Part shown: positions 16,925 to 20,000 of the stretch, piece by piece
Layout: every line of letters begins with the position of its first letter
Position numbering within the stretch: position 1 is the first letter of the stretch
NCBI GenBank assembly: GCA_041690355.1
Contig: JAWLHK010000023.1
Location: forward strand, 57,672 to 77,671
Source: a bacterium
GTDB taxonomy: Bacteria; J088; JAWLBW01
Reading direction: 5' to 3'
DNA length: 20,000 bases
Position numbers and translations under genes: made by a program
The notes under the pieces: generated by a model
Databases searched by the model: none
What the model was told of the DNA's origin: nothing
The model's input: only the letters and a program-made list of their open reading frames with translations

Positions 16925-17479
16925 ATGCGAAAACTGCCGTTGCTGCTGACCGCATTCCTTCTTGCCCTGGCCGTGCCCGACGAGGGGGCCTCGCATGGGG
17001 AACAGAAGCATCCGCCCGCTCCGCCGGCACGCAGGATTCCGGGGATCAATGCCGAGGACAAAGCGCCCCACGGGTGCGTCAGCTGCCACAAGAACAATCC
17101 CGAGCGGAACATGGATGCCCGTTTCAGCACGTGGATGAAGGAGTGGCAGGTCAAGGCGCCGGCAAAGCTCGTCGACAAGGCCCGCAAGGCCGCGCCGGAG
17201 GGGATGAAGATCGAGGGGAAGCATCCGGAAGTGAAGGCCGACCTGACGACCGCCGAAATTCCGAAGGCGTGCCTCGAGTGCCACGCCAAGACTCCGAAGA
17301 ACAAGAAAAAGGCAGGGCCGCCGTTCGCGCGGCTGGTGCACCTGATCCACCTGACCGGCGGCGAAAAGAATCACTTCATGACCCACTACCAGGGGGAATG
17401 CACCTACTGCCACAAGCTCGACGACGCCACCGGCCAGTGGTCGCTCGGGAGCGGGACGGAAACCGCGCCCGCGCCCTGA
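16925..17479 (+). CDS. Periplasmic triheme c-type cytochrome
   Basis: Signal peptide; three CxxCH motifs (CVSCH, CLECH, CTYCH); extra His residues; RBS GGAG. Confidence 0.9.
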   Translation: MRKLPLLLTAFLLALAVPDEGASHGEQKHPPAPPARRIPGINAEDKAPHGCVSCHKNNPERNMDARFSTWMKEWQVKAPAKLVDKARKAAPEGMKIEGKHPEVKADLTTAEIPKACLECHAKTPKNKKKAGPPFARLVHLIHLTGGEKNHFMTHYQGECTYCHKLDDATGQWSLGSGTETAPAP

Positions 17480-17507
17480 GTAACTTTACCGCTGCGCGTA
17501 TCGCAGT

Positions 17508-17604
17508 CGCGGCGCGAATGGCAGATGGCAAATCACAAATGGCAGCCGCTTCGCGAATGGCAGATGGCAAATTGCAGATGGCAGATTATCCGGCAAGGAC
17601 CAGG
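17508..17604 (+). repeat. Second array (two units) of the head plus heptamer plus tail family
   Basis: CGCGGCGCGAATG GCAGATG GCAAATC ACAAATG GCAGC, then CGCTTCGCGAATG GCAGATG GCAAATT GCAGATG GCAGATT ATCCGGCAAGGACCAGG. Confidence 0.9.
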
Positions 17605-17649
17605 TGCCGTCGATCATTGCCGAACGGCCGCCGCATTCCCGCCTGAAAA

Positions 17650-17755
17650 TGAGCCCTGAAGGGGCGATGCGCTTTCTGCCCAGGGCAGAGCCCTGGGTGG
17701 CGGAAGGAAGCCCCCCTTTTTGTTTTCGCCCTTCCCGCGAGCGCCGGCGAGCAGC
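17650..17755 (+). repeat. REP-like palindromic element, copy 2
   Basis: Direct repeat of 13419-13526 with a 57/58-nt identical core. Confidence 0.88.
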
Positions 17756-17828
17756 AGCACCGCCCGCGCCAATCCATCCATACCGCTTCGATGGCGCGCG
17801 CTTTCCTGCGGAAGGCGGGGGGAATGTT

Positions 17829-18764
17829 TCAGCGCGCGTGGGCGGGGAGGTCGCGGGCGGCCTGGCGCGAAAGGTGCCGGCGGAGGCGATCCATGCGCAC
17901 GCGCCACTCGGGAATCAGGTGCAGGGGAAGCTGGCGCATCGGGCCGGGGAAGTTCCGGTAGACCGTGCGCATGGCGCCGCGCACCGACCGGTACGCCGCC
18001 CGGGTGGCCGGCGTGCTGCGGATCTCGAACTGGTCGCGAATCCGCGGCGGAAGCGTCTCGGCGGCGAGCACGTGCAGCATCCAGTTGCCCGGCGCATAGG
18101 GGAGCTTCATCGTCCCCTGCAGCGCCTTGCCGACCCGTTGCGCGGCCGGCGTGACCTCGAGGGTCTCGTCGACCATCCGCTCGAACCAGGCCTGAAATTC
18201 CGCATAGGTCGGCGGCATGTCGCCCGGCTTGATGTTGAAGAAGCGCCCGAGGGTCTGAAAGTCGCGGTACAGGCCTTCGAGGCGCTCGCCCTGCATGATG
18301 GCCGGATCGATCTCGTCGTAGGCGAACTTCGCCCCCTCGAGCAGGGTCGCAAGCACCCAGAGGTTCGCATCCCGCTCGAGCGCGGAATATTTCTTTCCGG
18401 CCCGCGGCGCGTCCTCTTCGGGATAGGTCCCCTTGATCTTCTGGTGGATCTCGAAAACCTTGACCGCGACCCGGATGGCGAGGCTCTGCCGCCCGAAGCC
18501 CATGATATACAGCGCGCCGAAGGTCCGGAAGCCGCGGCCGATGGCGTCGGAGCGGAAGTTGCTGTGGTCGTGTACCCCCTGCCCCACGGTGGGATGCGCG
18601 ACCTGGAGCAGCAGCGCCCGCCCCGAGGCCAGAAAGGGAACCATCTCCATGCCGATGCGCCGCAGCTCCGATTCCGGCGGAAAAAAGCCGGCGGCGTCGT
18701 CAAGCCCGCTCTCGGCGGCAAGTTGCTCCAGGGACTTCCGAAACGCCAGTGTGGCCTGGTTCAT
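17829..18764 (-). CDS. Oxygenase MpaB / DUF2236 family protein
   Basis: GFFPPESELRRI, GRALLLQVAHPTVGQGVHDHSNF, IHQKIKG, YSALE..ANLWVLATL, MPPTYAEF..W; ATG 18764 with RBS GGAGGG. Confidence 0.9.
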   Translation of the reverse strand: MNQATLAFRKSLEQLAAESGLDDAAGFFPPESELRRIGMEMVPFLASGRALLLQVAHPTVGQGVHDHSNFRSDAIGRGFRTFGALYIMGFGRQSLAIRVAVKVFEIHQKIKGTYPEEDAPRAGKKYSALERDANLWVLATLLEGAKFAYDEIDPAIMQGERLEGLYRDFQTLGRFFNIKPGDMPPTYAEFQAWFERMVDETLEVTPAAQRVGKALQGTMKLPYAPGNWMLHVLAAETLPPRIRDQFEIRSTPATRAAYRSVRGAMRTVYRNFPGPMRQLPLHLIPEWRVRMDRLRRHLSRQAARDLPAHAR

Positions 18765-18915
18765 GGGTAACCCTCCTGTCCGATGGCTCTCCGTGCGTCC
18801 GCGGAACATGACCGCCGTCCCCAACGCACGGCTCAACCCTTTGTGCCCATTTTAATCGACCGGGCCGCTCTCGTCACGTCGACAACGGTTCCCGGGTCGG
18901 CGCCCGGAGGGGGCG

Positions 18916-18964
18916 GTCGTCAGTCGTCAGTCGCTGGTCGCTAGTCGCTAGTCGCTGGGCGCTG
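18916..18964 (+). repeat. Heptamer tandem repeat, second family (GTCGYYR x7)
   Basis: GTCGTCA GTCGTCA GTCGCTG GTCGCTA GTCGCTA GTCGCTG GGCGCTG. Confidence 0.9.
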
Positions 18965-18996
18965 GGAGCCATGCTCTTGTTTTGCGCTTGCTTCGC

Positions 18997-19028
18997 CCCC
19001 CCTCTCCCCCTCCCCCACTCCCCCACTC
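18997..19028 (+). repeat. Octamer tandem repeat (CCCCACTC-like x4)
   Basis: CCCCCCTC TCCCCCTC CCCCACTC CCCCACTC. Confidence 0.8.
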
Positions 19029-19130
19029 CGCGCGAATTCACAAGAATGTCCTCCACCGCCCCTGCATCGCTACAGCACATCGTTGCGAACCGGTACGCCT
19101 GCCGGAGCGGAAATGCCGCATGGAGCGACT

Positions 19131-19146
19131 TGGCATCCTTTCTGCA
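19131..19146 (+). promoter_or_regulatory. Candidate sigma-54 promoter for the response regulator
   Basis: TGGCATCCTTTCTGCA with exact GG-N10-GC spacing, 100 nt upstream of ATG 19247. Confidence 0.55.
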
Positions 19147-19246
19147 GAGGGGGAAGGCTGTCCGGGAGTCGTTCGGCGTGCGGGTGGATGTTCTCGTCCC
19201 AGGTGGATCGCCGACCTACCTCATCTGTATCAGGGAGAAGCATCGT

Positions 19247-19660
19247 ATGAAATCCACCGTCCTCATCGTCGACGACAGCGCAACCCAGCGCCTGGCCTGG
19301 GTCATGGAATTTACGAAACATCCGGGTCTCGTGCCGATGACCGCGCGCGACGGCGTGCAGGCCCTCGAACTGGCACGCGAACTCAAGCCCGACCTCGTCG
19401 TCACCGATCTCGACATGCCGCACATGGACGGCGAAACGCTCGTCCGCGAACTGAAGGCGATCTACCCCGGCCTGCGGATCTTCGTCGTTTCGGCCTCGGT
19501 CACGTCGGCCGTGCGCCTGTCGCTGCGCTCCTATCCGGGCGTTACCGTGCACGAGAAGATCGACCGCAGGCACGCCGTCGAAGAAGTGCTGGCCACCCTG
19601 AATTTCCGGGGCGGGCGGATCGGCGAAGGTATCCCCGCGGCGGCGGCCGTGCAGCACTGA
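19247..19660 (+). CDS. Stand-alone response regulator receiver (CheY-like)
   Basis: VLIVDDS, DGVQALE, PDLVVTDLDMPHMDG (phospho-acceptor Asp), VVSA, conserved Lys in HEK; RBS AGGGAG; no output domain. Confidence 0.92.
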   Translation: MKSTVLIVDDSATQRLAWVMEFTKHPGLVPMTARDGVQALELARELKPDLVVTDLDMPHMDGETLVRELKAIYPGLRIFVVSASVTSAVRLSLRSYPGVTVHEKIDRRHAVEEVLATLNFRGGRIGEGIPAAAAVQH

Positions 19661-19772
19661 GGGCGCTGGGCGCACTTTCGGTCATCGGACGCCCTTCCGG
19701 TCATCAGACGTCGGACGTCGGTGAAAGACCCCGCCACCGCCCCCTCCGCATGTGCACCCGCGGGACAAGGTT

Positions 19773-19965
19773 CTCCCCCGCCTCCTCCGTCCACACGCGC
19801 GGGCGGTGTTTGCCGCGCAAACCTTTGCACAAGTCTCACTGCGCGGGGCGGAGGAGGAGGGGGAGCTGGACATGCGTTTCAGGCCGAAATCGCTCCCCTT
19901 CTCCCGCCAACCTTTGCGCCCGGCGCGCTGCGTATGGCGGGTAGAAGGGGCTGGGGGATGAGGGC
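19773..19965. repeat. Paired long-palindrome (REPIN-like) element
   Basis: Stem 1: CTCCCCCGCCTCCTCCGTCC...GGGCGGAGGAGGAGGGGGAG. Stem 2: CCCCTTCTCCCGCCA...TGGCGGGTAGAAGGGG, followed by CTGGGGGATGAGGG. Confidence 0.6.
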
Positions 19966-20000
19966 GGTCCAACTCGATGGCCGTTGAAAGGACGCCGGTA

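Noticed and set aside
17604-18770. 388-aa plus-strand ORF
   Set aside because: Begins in repeat DNA and runs antisense to the MpaB-family gene.
18971-19246. 92-aa N-terminal extension of the response regulator, or a riboswitch in this leader
   Set aside because: It spans the octamer tract and promoter; the RBS and receiver start are at 19247; no riboswitch consensus was recognised.

Overview
A high-GC bacterial accessory region with no rRNA, tRNA, CRISPR array or transposase recognised. In order: the 3' end of a Fic-family gene; a lipoprotein serine hydrolase (class C beta-lactamase/NylB-like); a PhnB/VOC protein; an amidase-signature enzyme; a 4-TM membrane protein; two apparently broken small membrane genes; a 1564-aa lower-GC surface lipoprotein (9 cadherin-like Ig repeats, LamG, NIDO-like C-terminus) behind a candidate sigma-54 promoter; two hypothetical proteins; an MFS transporter with a probable CTG start; a MacAB/LolCDE-type ABC exporter operon; a triheme c-type cytochrome; an MpaB/DUF2236 oxygenase; and a stand-alone response regulator. 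The most unusual signal is non-coding. A structured repeat family (13-bp head CGCTTCGCGAATG, units of five heptamers, tail CCGGCAAG.ACCA) is coupled to a 58-bp REP-like double hairpin. This composite occurs as direct copies bracketing the ABC exporter and cytochrome genes, with an inverted partial copy at the MFS stop codon. A second heptamer family, a G-quadruplex-capable octamer tract and a paired-palindrome element surround the response regulator. All family assignments come from motif recognition by eye, not database searches.
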